Of a DNA stretch of 64,000 bases, positions 19,584 to 28,989 are shown piece by piece. The position numbers were made by a program, and so were the translations under genes. The stretch is taken from NCBI GenBank assembly GCA_033856025.1, contig JAWVFQ010000030.1, positions 4,239-68,238 of the forward strand. Direction: 5' to 3'. Within the stretch, counting starts at the first letter, position 1; each line of letters begins with the position of its first letter. The notes under the pieces were generated by a model. The model did not search any database, had not been told where the DNA came from, and saw only the letters and a program-made list of their open reading frames with translations. This stretch comes from Solirubrobacteraceae bacterium. GTDB lineage: Bacteria; Actinomycetota; Thermoleophilia; Solirubrobacterales; Solirubrobacteraceae.

Positions 19584-20299
19584 CGCCGGGCCGCCGCCGC
19601 CTCCTGGACCAGCGCCGCGATCAGGCGGCTGGTCTCGTCGGCCTCGGGATGCCACTGGACGCCGAGGGCGAAGCGGCGCTCCGGGTCCTCCAGCGCCTCG
19701 GGCAGCGCGTCGGCCTCGGCGCGGCCGGTGACGACCAGCCCCTCCCCCACCCGCTCGACGCCCTGGTGGTGGTGGGACTTCGTCTCGTGGCGCTCCTCGC
19801 CGGCCGCCCGGGCGGCCAGGGAGCCCGCCTCCAGGCGGACGGGATGGTCGGCGCCCTCGAAGGTCCCGAGCACGCGCCGGTGGCCGCCCTCCGAGGGCAG
19901 GTCCTGCACGAGCGTCCCGCCGCGCGCCACGTTCATGACCTGCATCCCCCGGCAGATGCCCAGGAACGGCAGGTCGCGCTCCAGCGCCCGGGCGGCCAGC
20001 GCCAGCTCGAAGTCGTCGCGCTCGCGCGACGGGCGGTCTGTCGAGGGGTGGCGATCCGCGCCGTAGGTCTCGGGATCGAGGTCGGCGCCGCCGGCCAGGA
20101 TCAGCCCGTCCAGGAGGTCGAGCACCGGGTCGGGGTCGGCCGCGACGGCGGGGTCGGGCGGCAGCATGAGCACCGTCCCACCCGCGCGCTGGATGGCGTC
20201 GACGTAGTTGTGCGCCAGCAGGTACGCGGGCATGTCCCACACGCCCCAGCGCGCGCGCTCCAGGACGGTCGGGACGCCGATGCGCGGACGGTCGGTCAC
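19580..20299 (-). CDS. class I glutamine amidotransferase-like gamma-glutamyl hydrolase (peptidase C26, PuuD-like)
   Basis: Nucleophile motif LGICRGMQ and His motif VQWHPE. GTGA overlap with the upstream gene. Confidence 0.8.
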   Translation of the reverse strand: MTDRPRIGVPTVLERARWGVWDMPAYLLAHNYVDAIQRAGGTVLMLPPDPAVAADPDPVLDLLDGLILAGGADLDPETYGADRHPSTDRPSRERDDFELALAARALERDLPFLGICRGMQVMNVARGGTLVQDLPSEGGHRRVLGTFEGADHPVRLEAGSLAARAAGEERHETKSHHHQGVERVGEGLVVTGRAEADALPEALEDPERRFALGVQWHPEADETSRLIAALVQEAAAARR

Positions 20300-20679
20300 G
20301 CGCCGGGGACCTCCAGGACGCGGCGCTCGTGCGTCCCCACGCCCAGCGTCCGGTCGCCCTCGCGCACCTCGACGTCGAAGCGCAGCTTGCGCCCGTCGGC
20401 GATCTCGCGCAGCCGGGCGTGGACGGTGCAGCGCGCGCCCTCGCCGGCCGCGCCGACGTGCTTGACGCAGACCTCGAAGCCCACCGTGGCCCGGCCCTCC
20501 GGGAGCTTGGGCAACGCGAGCATCGCCGCGTTGCGCTCCATCATCGCGATCATCCCCGGCGTCGAGAGGACGCTGCGCCCGATCGTGCCGCCCACGTCGG
20601 TGAGCAGCCGGTCCGCGACGACGAACTCGTCCTCGCGCTCGTCGCCCACGCGCAGCTCGCCGACGGTCTCCTCGGGCAT
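20296..20679 (-). CDS. hotdog-fold thioesterase family protein
   Basis: 127 aa. The pattern LSTPGMIAMMERNA..GFEVCVKH.. resembles FlK/4HBT-type hotdog thioesterases. Confidence 0.65.
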   Translation of the reverse strand: MPEETVGELRVGDEREDEFVVADRLLTDVGGTIGRSVLSTPGMIAMMERNAAMLALPKLPEGRATVGFEVCVKHVGAAGEGARCTVHARLREIADGRKLRFDVEVREGDRTLGVGTHERRVLEVPGA

Positions 20680-21432
20680 CTACATCATCGTAAGGCCGCC
20701 GCTCACGCTGATCGTCTGGCCCGTGACGAACGACGAGTCGTCGCAGGCCAGGAAGGCGATCGTGGCGGCGACCTCGTCGGGCGTTCCCGCCCGGCGCATG
20801 TACGTGCTGGCGATCATCCCCTGGCGCAGCCGGTCGCCCGCCTCGCCGCCCGCCGTGAGCTTGTCCAGCAGCGGCGTCTCGATCGGCCCCGGGCTGACGG
20901 CGTTGCAGCGCACGCCGTAGCGGGCGAACTCCCGCGCCACGGCCTTGGTGAAGCCGATCACGCCCGCCTTGGCCGCGCTGTAGGGGATGTTCATCTCCGA
21001 GCCGCCGCGGCCGGCCTCGCTGGCCACGTTGACGATGGCGCCGCGGCCGCGCTCGCGCATGCCTCCCACCACCCGCTGGGTCACGGCCAGGGTCCCGTGG
21101 AGGTTGAGGCGCAGCTGGAAGTCCCAGTCCTCGGGCGCTATGTGGACGAACCAGCCCAGGCCGCGGTCGCCGCCGCCGGCGTTGTTGACCAGCACGTCCA
21201 TCGGGCCGAGCGCGTCCTCGGCCGCCTGCACTCCGGCCGCCACGCTGTCCAGGTCGAGCACGTCGAGGAGGACCGGCGTGCCGTCGATCTCGCCGGCCAC
21301 GTCGTGCGCGCCCGGCTCGTCGATGTCGGCGACGGCTACGCGGGCTCCCTCGGCGGCCAGCCGGCGGGCGGTGGCGGCGCCGATGCCCGATGCGGCCCCC
21401 GTCACCAGCGCGGTCCGTCCCTCCAATCGCAT
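20680..21432 (-). CDS. SDR family oxidoreductase (FabG-like)
   Basis: Motifs TGAASGIGAATA, NNAG and YSAAKAGV. Confidence 0.88.
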   Translation of the reverse strand: MRLEGRTALVTGAASGIGAATARRLAAEGARVAVADIDEPGAHDVAGEIDGTPVLLDVLDLDSVAAGVQAAEDALGPMDVLVNNAGGGDRGLGWFVHIAPEDWDFQLRLNLHGTLAVTQRVVGGMRERGRGAIVNVASEAGRGGSEMNIPYSAAKAGVIGFTKAVAREFARYGVRCNAVSPGPIETPLLDKLTAGGEAGDRLRQGMIASTYMRRAGTPDEVAATIAFLACDDSSFVTGQTISVSGGLTMM

Positions 21433-21462
21433 GCCGCGCGCACCCTATACGCTGGCGCGCCG

Positions 21463-22164
21463 ATGCCCCCGGAGTCCGTAGCCATCATCGGCGCCACCGG
21501 AGCGCTGGGCCACGGGCTGGCGGCGCGGCTGGCCTCGGCGGGCGTGCCGATCGTCTGCGGGTCGCGCTCGGCGGAGCGCGCCGAGCAGGCGGCCCAGCGC
21601 CTGCGCGAGATCGTCCCGGACGGCAGCTTCACCGCGGCCGAGAACGCCGAGGCGGCCCAGGGGGCTTCCCTCATCGTGCTGTGCGTCCCCTTCCGAAACC
21701 AGTCGGAGAACCTCAACAACCTGCGCGACGTCCTGCGCGAGGGCCAGCTGCTGATCGACACCACGGTCCCGCTGGCCGCCGCGGTCGGGGGCAGGGCGAC
21801 CCGGGTGCTCGGGGTGCCGCAGGGGTCCGCGGCCCAGCAGGCGGCCGAGATGGTCCCGGAGGGCGTGCGCGTCGTGTCCGCGCTGCACACGATCAGCGCC
21901 GCCACGCTGGGCGACCTCGACCACGCGCTCGACGAGGACGTCCTGGTGTGCGGCGACCGCAAGGCCGACAAGCGCGAGGCCGCCGAGCTCATCGGCCGCA
22001 TTCCGGGACTGCGTTGCGTGGACGCCGGGCGCCTGGAGACGTCGCGCATCGCCGAGTCGCTGACCGCGATGCTCATCTCGATCAACGCCCGCCACAAGAC
22101 GCACGCGGGCATCCGGATCACCGGCCTGCCGGAGGAGCTGTGGCCGCCCCCGTCGTCGTCCTAG
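21463..22164 (+). CDS. npdG: NADPH-dependent F420 reductase
   Basis: 233 aa from the ATG at 21463 (MPPESVAIIGATGALGHGLA). Sits in an operon with cofD/C/E. Confidence 0.8.
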   Translation: MPPESVAIIGATGALGHGLAARLASAGVPIVCGSRSAERAEQAAQRLREIVPDGSFTAAENAEAAQGASLIVLCVPFRNQSENLNNLRDVLREGQLLIDTTVPLAAAVGGRATRVLGVPQGSAAQQAAEMVPEGVRVVSALHTISAATLGDLDHALDEDVLVCGDRKADKREAAELIGRIPGLRCVDAGRLETSRIAESLTAMLISINARHKTHAGIRITGLPEELWPPPSSS

Positions 22165-23057
22165 CCGGGGGGACGGGCGGGGCCAAGCTGGCCCGGGGAA
22201 TGCTCGACGTGGCGGGAGAGGACCTCGTCGTCGTGGCCAACACGGGCGACGACGTGGAGATCCACGGGTCCTACGTCTCCCCCGATCCCGACCTGGTGAT
22301 CTGGTGGCTGGCCGACCGCATCGACGAGCGGGGCTGGGGCCTGGCCGGCGACACCTTCGAGGTGATGGACGGCCTGCGCGAGCTCGGCGAGGAGGTCTGG
22401 TTCCACCTGGGCGACCGCGACCTCGCCGCCTGCCTGCGCCGGCGCGCCCGGCTGGACGAGGGCGCGACGCTCTCGCAAGCGCTGGACGAGCTGCGCCGCT
22501 CGCTCTCCGTACCCGCCCGCGTGGTGCCCATGAGCGACGAGCCCGTCCGCACGCGGGTGCGTCACGCGGGGCGCTGGTGGGGGCTGCAGGAGTACCTGAT
22601 CCAGGCCGGCGGGGCCGCGCCGGTGGACGGAGTGGAGCTCGAGGGCGTGCAGGCGGCGCGTCCGGCACCGGACGCGCTCGCCGCGATCGCCGAGGCCCGC
22701 GCGATCGTCATCGGCCCGTCGAACCCGGTGGTCTCGATCGGGCCGATCCTGGCCGTGCCGGGGATGCGCGAGGCGATCGTCCAGTCGGCGGCGCCCGTGG
22801 TCGCCGTGTCGCCCCTGGTGGGCGGCGAGGTCCTCAAGGGCCCGACGGCGGCCTTCCTGGAGTGGGCCGGGCGCCCGCTGGACGCGAGCGGCATCGCGGC
22901 GACCTACGACGGGGTCGTCGACGGGCTGGTGGCCGACGATCGCACCGATGCCATCCCCACGCTGCTGACCGACGTGCTGATGGACGGCGAGGACGGCCGG
23001 CGACGCCTGGCGCAAGAGACGCTGCGCTTCGCCCAGGCGCTGGCGGGCCCCCGCTAG
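22140..23057 (+). CDS. cofD: 2-phospho-L-lactate transferase (FbiA/CofD)
   Basis: The GTG at 22140 is needed to include LAGGTGGAKLARG. Also has NTGDDVEIHG..SPDPD. Overlaps npdG by 25 nt. Confidence 0.85.
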   Translation: MAAPVVVLAGGTGGAKLARGMLDVAGEDLVVVANTGDDVEIHGSYVSPDPDLVIWWLADRIDERGWGLAGDTFEVMDGLRELGEEVWFHLGDRDLAACLRRRARLDEGATLSQALDELRRSLSVPARVVPMSDEPVRTRVRHAGRWWGLQEYLIQAGGAAPVDGVELEGVQAARPAPDALAAIAEARAIVIGPSNPVVSIGPILAVPGMREAIVQSAAPVVAVSPLVGGEVLKGPTAAFLEWAGRPLDASGIAATYDGVVDGLVADDRTDAIPTLLTDVLMDGEDGRRRLAQETLRFAQALAGPR

Positions 23058-23072
23058 CGTTCGCGGCCCGCC

Positions 23073-23720
23073 ATGCGGACGATCGCGATCCTCCCGGTCA
23101 AGCGCTTCGGCGCGGCCAAGCAGCGCCTGACGGACGGCCTGGCGCCGGCCGCCCGCGAGGTCCTGGCCGAGGCGATGGTGCGCGACGTGCTCGACGCGCT
23201 GCGCGGCGTGCGAGGTCTCGACGGGATCGTCGTCGTGACCAACGAGCCCCGTGCGGCCGAGCCGGCGCGCGAGGCGGGCGCCGAGGTCGTGGCGGATCCG
23301 TCGGAGACGGGCCAGAGCCCGGCCGCCCGGGTCGGCATCGCCCACGGGGTGGAGTCCGGCGCCGGGCGAGTCCTCCTCGTGCCCGGGGACTGCCCGGCCC
23401 TGGACGCCCGGGAGGTGGAGGCCCTGCTCTCCCCGCCCGCCGACGGCCCGACGGTCACGATCGTCCCCGACCGCCACGGCACGGGGACCAACGCCCTCCT
23501 CCTCACCCCACCCCACGTGATCGACCCGGCCTTCGGCGAGGGCTCGTTCGCCCGCCACACCGCCGCGGCGCGCGATGCCGAAGCCCACCTCACGGTCGAG
23601 CGACCCGCCTCCCTGCTCCTCGACGTCGACACGGCCGGGGACCTCGCCGCGATCCGCCAAGCCCTCCACCCCGGCCTGCACACCACCACCGCCCTAGCCG
23701 AGATCGCGAGCGGCGTGTGA
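23073..23720 (+). CDS. cofC: 2-phospho-L-lactate / PEP guanylyltransferase (CofC/FbiD)
   Basis: IAILPVKRFGAAKQRL N-terminal signature; 215 aa. Confidence 0.8.
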   Translation: MRTIAILPVKRFGAAKQRLTDGLAPAAREVLAEAMVRDVLDALRGVRGLDGIVVVTNEPRAAEPAREAGAEVVADPSETGQSPAARVGIAHGVESGAGRVLLVPGDCPALDAREVEALLSPPADGPTVTIVPDRHGTGTNALLLTPPHVIDPAFGEGSFARHTAAARDAEAHLTVERPASLLLDVDTAGDLAAIRQALHPGLHTTTALAEIASGV

Positions 23721-23733
23721 CGAGCCGGCCACG

Positions 23734-24483
23734 ATGACGCTCACCGCCGTCTCCCTCACCGGCCTCCCGGAGGTGGCCGCGGGCGACGATCTCGCCGCGC
23801 TGATCGTCGCCGCCGGTGAGCCGGTCCGTGACGGTGACGTCGTCTGCGTGGCGCACAAGGTCGTGTCGAAGGCCGCGGGGCGGGTGCGGCGGCTGGCGGA
23901 CGTGGAGCCCGGCGACCGGGCACGGGAGCTCGCGGAGAAGCTCGGCGGCCGCGATCCGCGCCACGTGCAGGTCGTCCTCGACGAGACAGTGGAGCTCCTG
24001 CGTGACGAACGGGTGCTGATCTGTCGCACGCGACACGGTTTCGTGTGCGCGAACGCGGGCGTGGACGCTTCCAACGCGAGCGAGCCGGACACGCTGGTCC
24101 TGCTCCCGGAGGATCCCGACGCCTCCGCGCGCACGCTGCGGGAACGACTGCGCGAGCTGACTGGCGCGGCGCCCGCCGTGCTCGTCACGGACTCGTTCGG
24201 CCGCGCCTGGCGCCAGGGTCAGGCCGAGGTGGCGATCGGCTGCGCCGGACTGACGCCGCTGGACGACTGGCGCGGGCGTGCCGACCGGGCCGGCCGCGAG
24301 CTCTCCGCGACCTGGATCGCCGTGGCCGACCAGGCCGCGGCCGCCGCCGACCTCGCCCGCTCGGGCAAGGACTCCGGCGAGCCGGTGGCGATCGTCCGCG
24401 GCCTCGACCGCTTCGTCACCGACGACGACGGCCCCGGCGCCGCCGCCCTCCTCCGGCCGCCGGAAGAGGATCTGTTCGGCTAG
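23734..24483 (+). CDS. cofE: coenzyme F420-0:L-glutamate ligase, single-domain (no FbiB C-terminal domain)
   Basis: 249 aa. Motifs VAHKVVSKAAGR and CANAGVDASN. Confidence 0.85.
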   Translation: MTLTAVSLTGLPEVAAGDDLAALIVAAGEPVRDGDVVCVAHKVVSKAAGRVRRLADVEPGDRARELAEKLGGRDPRHVQVVLDETVELLRDERVLICRTRHGFVCANAGVDASNASEPDTLVLLPEDPDASARTLRERLRELTGAAPAVLVTDSFGRAWRQGQAEVAIGCAGLTPLDDWRGRADRAGRELSATWIAVADQAAAAADLARSGKDSGEPVAIVRGLDRFVTDDDGPGAAALLRPPEEDLFG

Positions 24484-26687
24484 GCGGCGACCGGCAGCGG
24501 GAACCGCTCGCGCACGTCGTAGAGCGTCGTGCGCTCGGCCGCCGGGCGTCCCGCGCGGTGGGCGGCGGCGATCAGCTCGGGGGGGTCCAGGCGCACGCCG
24601 TGGTAGGAGCCGGCCAGGCGCGAGATGTTCTCCTCCATCAGCGTCCCGCCCAGGTCGTTGACCCCCCAGCGCAGCGCCTCGGTCGCAGCGTCCAGTCCCA
24701 TCTTCACCCAGGACGCCTGCAGCGAGCGCACCGAGCGCCCCAGCGCCAGGCGGAACGCCGCCGTGTGCTTGAGGTTCTCCTCCCGCGAGATCTCCTCGAT
24801 CCCGTGCGTGCGGCCGAGCAGCGTGTGGAAGGGGATGAACGACAGCGGCACGAACTCGTTGAAGCCGCCGGTGCGCTCCTGGAACTCGCGCACCACGCGC
24901 ATGTGCTCGGCCAGCTCCCAGGGCTCCTCCACGTGGCCGAACATCACCGTGACGCTGGTGGCGAACCCCGCCGCGGCGCTGGCCTCCATCACCTCCAGCC
25001 ACCGCCCGACCGGCAGCTTGTTGGGGCTGATCCGCTCGCGCACGCCGTCGTGGAGGACCTCGGCGGCGGTCCCCGGCGTCGAGCCCAGTCCCGCCTCGCC
25101 CAGGCGCTCGAACACCGCGCCCGGAGGCAGGCCCGACACGTCGCACATGTGGGCGACCTCCATCGGCGAGTACGCGTGCAGATGGATGTGCGGCGCCTCG
25201 TCCTTGGCCACCCGCAGCCAGCGCTCGTAGTCCTCCAGGCCCCAGTCGGGATGGATGCCCGACTGCATGCAGATCTCCGTGGCGCCGTACTCCACCGCCT
25301 CGCGCACGCGGCGGCGCAGCTCGGCCTCGGAGTGCTCGTACGCGTCCGGCGAGCGGCGCCCCTGCCCGAACCCGCAGAACGCGCACCCCACGACGCAGAC
25401 GTTGGACACGTTGACGTTGCGGTTGACGACGAAGGTGACCTCCTCGCCGGCCAGCGACGCGCGCAGCTCGTCGGCCGCGGCGCGCATGTCCTCGATCGCG
25501 CCCGGGCGCGACTCGGCGAACAGCGCGGTGAGCTGGTCGGCGGACAGCGGCCGGTCGCCCACGGCGTCCGAGATCGCCCCCGGCACGAGGCCGGCGTCGA
25601 TCGCGCGCTCCTCGCGCCGTCCCGACCCTCGCCGCGGGATGAACGACCAGTAGCGCGCCTTGACCACGTCCAGGACGCCCTGGGCCATCCACTCCGGCGA
25701 GATGTACTGCGGGTAGACGCACAGGCGCTCGCTCAGCGCGGCGCCGTCGCCGGCCAGGCGCTTGCGCACCTGGGTCGGCGAGGGGAAGGGATGCTCGGGT
25801 GAGATGTGGTCGCCGTTGGCGCTGAGGCCGCCCAGGTCGGTGGCGCCCGCCGCGACCAGCTCGGGCCACCAGTCGGCCAGGTTGGGCGGGATCTGGATGC
25901 CCACGTCAGGCATGAGCTCGCGGGCCGCGCCGACCAGCGCCCGCATGTCGTCCAGCGTCACGGGCGTCGCCCACTCCGGCGCGTCGAGGACGGGCCCGTC
26001 GTGGAGCCCCGTGCGCCAGAACTCCTCCGCCCCCGCCCGCGCGATCTCGGCCGGCTCCTCGCCGTGGTAGCGGCGGTGCGGGACGAAGTTCTGGAGGATC
26101 ACCTCCTGCAGGTGGCCGTGCTCGGCGTGCACGGCCGCGAGGGCGCGCAGCGCGTCCAACCGGTCCTCCGCGGACTCGCCGATCCCCACGAGGATCCCCG
26201 AGGTGAAGGGGATGCGCAGCTCGCCCGCGGCGCGGATCGTCTCCATCCGCACCGCCGGGTGCTTGGTCGGCGAGCCCTCGTGGGCCACCAGGTCCTCCAC
26301 GACCGACTCCAGCATCAGGCCCTGCGACGCGGTGACCTCCCGCAGCCGCGCCAGGTCGTCGCGCGACAGGACGCCGAGGTTGGTGTGCGGCAGCAGCCCG
26401 CGCTCCAGCGCGCGCTCGCACACCCACACGACGTAGGCCACGAAGTCCTCGTGGCCCCACTCGCGCAGCCGCGCCGCCACCTGCGGGTTGACCTCCGGCC
26501 GCTCGCCGGTGAGCACGAGCAGCTCCTTGACCCGCCGACGCGCCGCGCCGTCCAGCAGCCCGAGCACCTCGTCGGGCTCGTGGAGATGCGCCTGGTGCGT
26601 GGCGAACGCGCAGTACTTGCAGTAGCACCGGCACGTCCGCGAGAGCGACAGCGTCAGGTTTCGCGAGAAGGTGACGCGCCGGCGCAT
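24480..26687 (-). CDS. fbiC: FO synthase, fused CofG/CofH (7,8-didemethyl-8-hydroxy-5-deazariboflavin synthase)
   Basis: 735 aa. Two radical-SAM clusters, CRCYCKYC and CVVGCAFC. Confidence 0.92.
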   Translation of the reverse strand: MRRRVTFSRNLTLSLSRTCRCYCKYCAFATHQAHLHEPDEVLGLLDGAARRRVKELLVLTGERPEVNPQVAARLREWGHEDFVAYVVWVCERALERGLLPHTNLGVLSRDDLARLREVTASQGLMLESVVEDLVAHEGSPTKHPAVRMETIRAAGELRIPFTSGILVGIGESAEDRLDALRALAAVHAEHGHLQEVILQNFVPHRRYHGEEPAEIARAGAEEFWRTGLHDGPVLDAPEWATPVTLDDMRALVGAARELMPDVGIQIPPNLADWWPELVAAGATDLGGLSANGDHISPEHPFPSPTQVRKRLAGDGAALSERLCVYPQYISPEWMAQGVLDVVKARYWSFIPRRGSGRREERAIDAGLVPGAISDAVGDRPLSADQLTALFAESRPGAIEDMRAAADELRASLAGEEVTFVVNRNVNVSNVCVVGCAFCGFGQGRRSPDAYEHSEAELRRRVREAVEYGATEICMQSGIHPDWGLEDYERWLRVAKDEAPHIHLHAYSPMEVAHMCDVSGLPPGAVFERLGEAGLGSTPGTAAEVLHDGVRERISPNKLPVGRWLEVMEASAAAGFATSVTVMFGHVEEPWELAEHMRVVREFQERTGGFNEFVPLSFIPFHTLLGRTHGIEEISREENLKHTAAFRLALGRSVRSLQASWVKMGLDAATEALRWGVNDLGGTLMEENISRLAGSYHGVRLDPPELIAAAHRAGRPAAERTTLYDVRERFPLPVAA

Positions 26688-26691
26688 GAGC

Positions 26692-27453
26692 TCACCCAGG
26701 CAGGGTGTCTATCGGCGCCCGGGCCACCCGGTCCTCGGGCTCGAGCACCAGGTAGACGTAGGCGAACGCCGCCAGCAGCGCTCCGATCACCGGGCCGATC
26801 ACGTACACCCAGAAGTCGCTGAACTCGCCGGAGACGATGGCCGGGCCGAAGGAGCGCGCCGGGTTGAACCCGGCCCCGTCGAGCGGCGCGAACACCATCA
26901 CGCCGAGGCCCAGCGCCATGCCGATGCCCAGGCCCGCCCAGTCGCGCAGCCCGCGCTGGTTGACGGCGAAGGTCATGATCGCCCACATCAGGACGAACGT
27001 CCCGATGATCTCGACCAGCAGGCCACCCAGCGCCTTGCCCTGGAGGAACTTCTCCGAGACCGTGGTGGCGCCGTAGTTCACGGCGTCGCCCTCGTCGGAC
27101 ATCAGCACCTTGGTCACCAGCGCGGCCGCCACCGCCCCGGCCAGCTGCACGAGGACGTAGATGAGGGCGTCCAGCGGCGTGATCTTGCGCAGCGCCGTGA
27201 GCGCCGCGGTGACCGCCGGGTTGAAGTGCGCGCCCGACGTGTGCCCGAGGGAGTAGACGAGCAGGGCCAGGACGAACACGTGCACCAGCCCGATGACGGC
27301 GAAGTCGGTGAACCCGAGGCCGCCCTCGGAGTTGACTGTGACGACGGAGCAGACGAACAGCACCAGCAGGAACGTCCCCAGGAACTCCGCCACGTAGGCC
27401 GGAGTGCCGCGCTCCTCGATCTCCCGGTCCCGGACCCTGCCACGAGCTTCCAC
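26692..27453 (-). CDS. MIP/aquaporin family channel
   Basis: Two NPA boxes (HFNPAVT, FNPARSFGP). I chose the GTG at 27453, which follows a GAGGGAGAGA RBS-like tract. The track ORF extends into the upstream SDR gene. Confidence 0.88.
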   Translation of the reverse strand: MEARGRVRDREIEERGTPAYVAEFLGTFLLVLFVCSVVTVNSEGGLGFTDFAVIGLVHVFVLALLVYSLGHTSGAHFNPAVTAALTALRKITPLDALIYVLVQLAGAVAAALVTKVLMSDEGDAVNYGATTVSEKFLQGKALGGLLVEIIGTFVLMWAIMTFAVNQRGLRDWAGLGIGMALGLGVMVFAPLDGAGFNPARSFGPAIVSGEFSDFWVYVIGPVIGALLAAFAYVYLVLEPEDRVARAPIDTLPG

Positions 27454-27497
27454 GTCGTCTCTCTCCCTCGGTCGTTGGCGCCTGAGCGGACGGGATC

Positions 27498-28280
27498 CTA
27501 TTCGGCGTCGCCGCGGGTGCTCGGCGTGACCGCCGCTCCGCCGCCCAGGGCCCGGCGCACCAGCGCCGGCGCCACCGCCCGCGCCGCGGCCGCGAGCCAG
27601 TACGGGCGCGGGACGTAGCGCTCGGCCTTGCCCCCCGGCCCGGTCTCCCAGATCGCGTCCGCCACGCGCTCGGGCTTGGAGACCATCCAGCGCGTGGCCC
27701 GGCGGTCGACCAGCTCGCGCTGGGGGAAGCCCTCGGTGGCCACGAAGCCCGGGAGGACCAGGCCGACGTGGACGCCGTGCCGGGCCTCCTCGAGATGCAG
27801 CGCGTCGCTCCAGCCGGCCAGCGCGAACTTGCTGGCCGAGTAGGCGCCGGAGTTCCCCCGGCCGACCCGGCCCGCGGTGCTGGAGACGTTGACGATCGAG
27901 GACGGGGCGCTCGCGCGCAGCAGCGGGAGCAGCGCCTCCGTCAGCCGCAGCACCGCGTCGAAGTTGAGCTCCATGTGGCGCTTGACGTTCTCCCACCCCG
28001 CCTCGCCGAAGCGCCCGCGCCAGGCGCCGCCGGCATTGTTGACCAGCAGGTCCAGGCGGCCGCCGTGCTCGCGCTCGACGGCGTCGCGCACGGCGGCGGG
28101 GGCGCCCTCGTCCGTCAGATCGACCGATACGACCGTCGCGCCGCCGAGCTCGCCGGCCAGCGCGCGCAGGCGGTCCTCGCGGCGCGCCACCAGCACGACG
28201 TCCCACCCCGGCTCGCGGGCGATGCGCCGTGCGGTCGCCTCGCCGATCCCGCTGGACGCGCCGGTGACGAGCGCGATCAC
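27498..28280 (-). CDS. SDR family oxidoreductase
   Basis: Motifs TGASSGIGEATA, NNAG and YSASKFAL. Confidence 0.88.
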   Translation of the reverse strand: MIALVTGASSGIGEATARRIAREPGWDVVLVARREDRLRALAGELGGATVVSVDLTDEGAPAAVRDAVEREHGGRLDLLVNNAGGAWRGRFGEAGWENVKRHMELNFDAVLRLTEALLPLLRASAPSSIVNVSSTAGRVGRGNSGAYSASKFALAGWSDALHLEEARHGVHVGLVLPGFVATEGFPQRELVDRRATRWMVSKPERVADAIWETGPGGKAERYVPRPYWLAAAARAVAPALVRRALGGGAAVTPSTRGDAE

Positions 28281-28609
28281 GCCGGCAGCTCCAGCAGCGC
28301 CGCGCCCTCGCGCACGAACCGCGAGCGCGGGACGGCGGCGTCGAACCCGGCGGCCAGCGCCCGGTCGCGGACGTCGGCCTCGACGTGGGAGTAGACCGCC
28401 AGCGCGTAGCCGTCGGCCGCGCCCAGCGCCAGCGCGGCGTCGGACACCCCGCTGGCCAGGTCCACGATCACCGCGTCGGCGCCGCGCGAGGCCGTCGCGG
28501 CCTCCTCGGCCTGGGCCGTGAGCAGCACCTCGTGGCCGGCTCCCTCCAGCAGCGCGTGCACCTTCGAGCCGAACAGCAGGTCGGGCACCAGCGCGACGAC
28601 CCGGGCCAT
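28277..28609 (-). CDS. hypothetical protein (receiver/CheY-like fold suspected)
   Basis: 110 aa. Alternating beta-alpha pattern (VVALVPDLLFGSKV.., VIVDL..). I see no clear phospho-acceptor motif. Confidence 0.5.
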   Translation of the reverse strand: MARVVALVPDLLFGSKVHALLEGAGHEVLLTAQAEEAATASRGADAVIVDLASGVSDAALALGAADGYALAVYSHVEADVRDRALAAGFDAAVPRSRFVREGAALLELPA

Positions 28610-28613
28610 CCGC

Positions 28614-28979
28614 TCAGCCCTGGGCGCGGATGCGGCGCATCTGGCGGCGCACCGACTCCGGCCGGCCCCACATCGGCTCGACCTCGGTGCGGCCCTCGCG
28701 CACCTCGCGCACCACCAGCTCGCCGCGGATCCCCGCCTGGTCGAGCAGCTTCAGCGCGAAGCGCACGGTCGATGCCGCCGCGGCGTGGCCGAACTCGTGG
28801 GCCACCAGCAGGCGCCAGTGCCAGTCGTGGTGCGAGTAGGGCTGGGCGTTGGACGGCACCAGCAGGGTCGCGGCCTCGACGTAGCGCGACTCGTCCTCGA
28901 TGCGCAGGTCGAACTCGAGGTCCGTCCAGTCCTCGGGGAGCGAGTCGACGATCCGCTCGAAGGTCTCGGCCAGCCGCAC
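28614..28979 (-). CDS. hypothetical protein
   Basis: I chose the GTG at 28979 (VRLAETFERIV..), 10 nt after the upstream stop. High GC3. I recognise no motif. Confidence 0.5.
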   Translation of the reverse strand: MRLAETFERIVDSLPEDWTDLEFDLRIEDESRYVEAATLLVPSNAQPYSHHDWHWRLLVAHEFGHAAAASTVRFALKLLDQAGIRGELVVREVREGRTEVEPMWGRPESVRRQMRRIRAQG

Positions 28980-28989
28980 GCGGCTGAGA

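Noticed and set aside
18942-20240. N-terminal extensions of track ORFs: 18942-20240, 29445-31424, 26692-28206, 13350-14540, 6600-8879, 48239-50227 and 49999-53256.
   Set aside because: The extended parts overlap upstream genes that have strong motifs, and they translate to low-complexity sequence. Internal starts give typical N-termini (signal peptides, family motifs) and usually create ATGA/GTGA coupling with the upstream stop.
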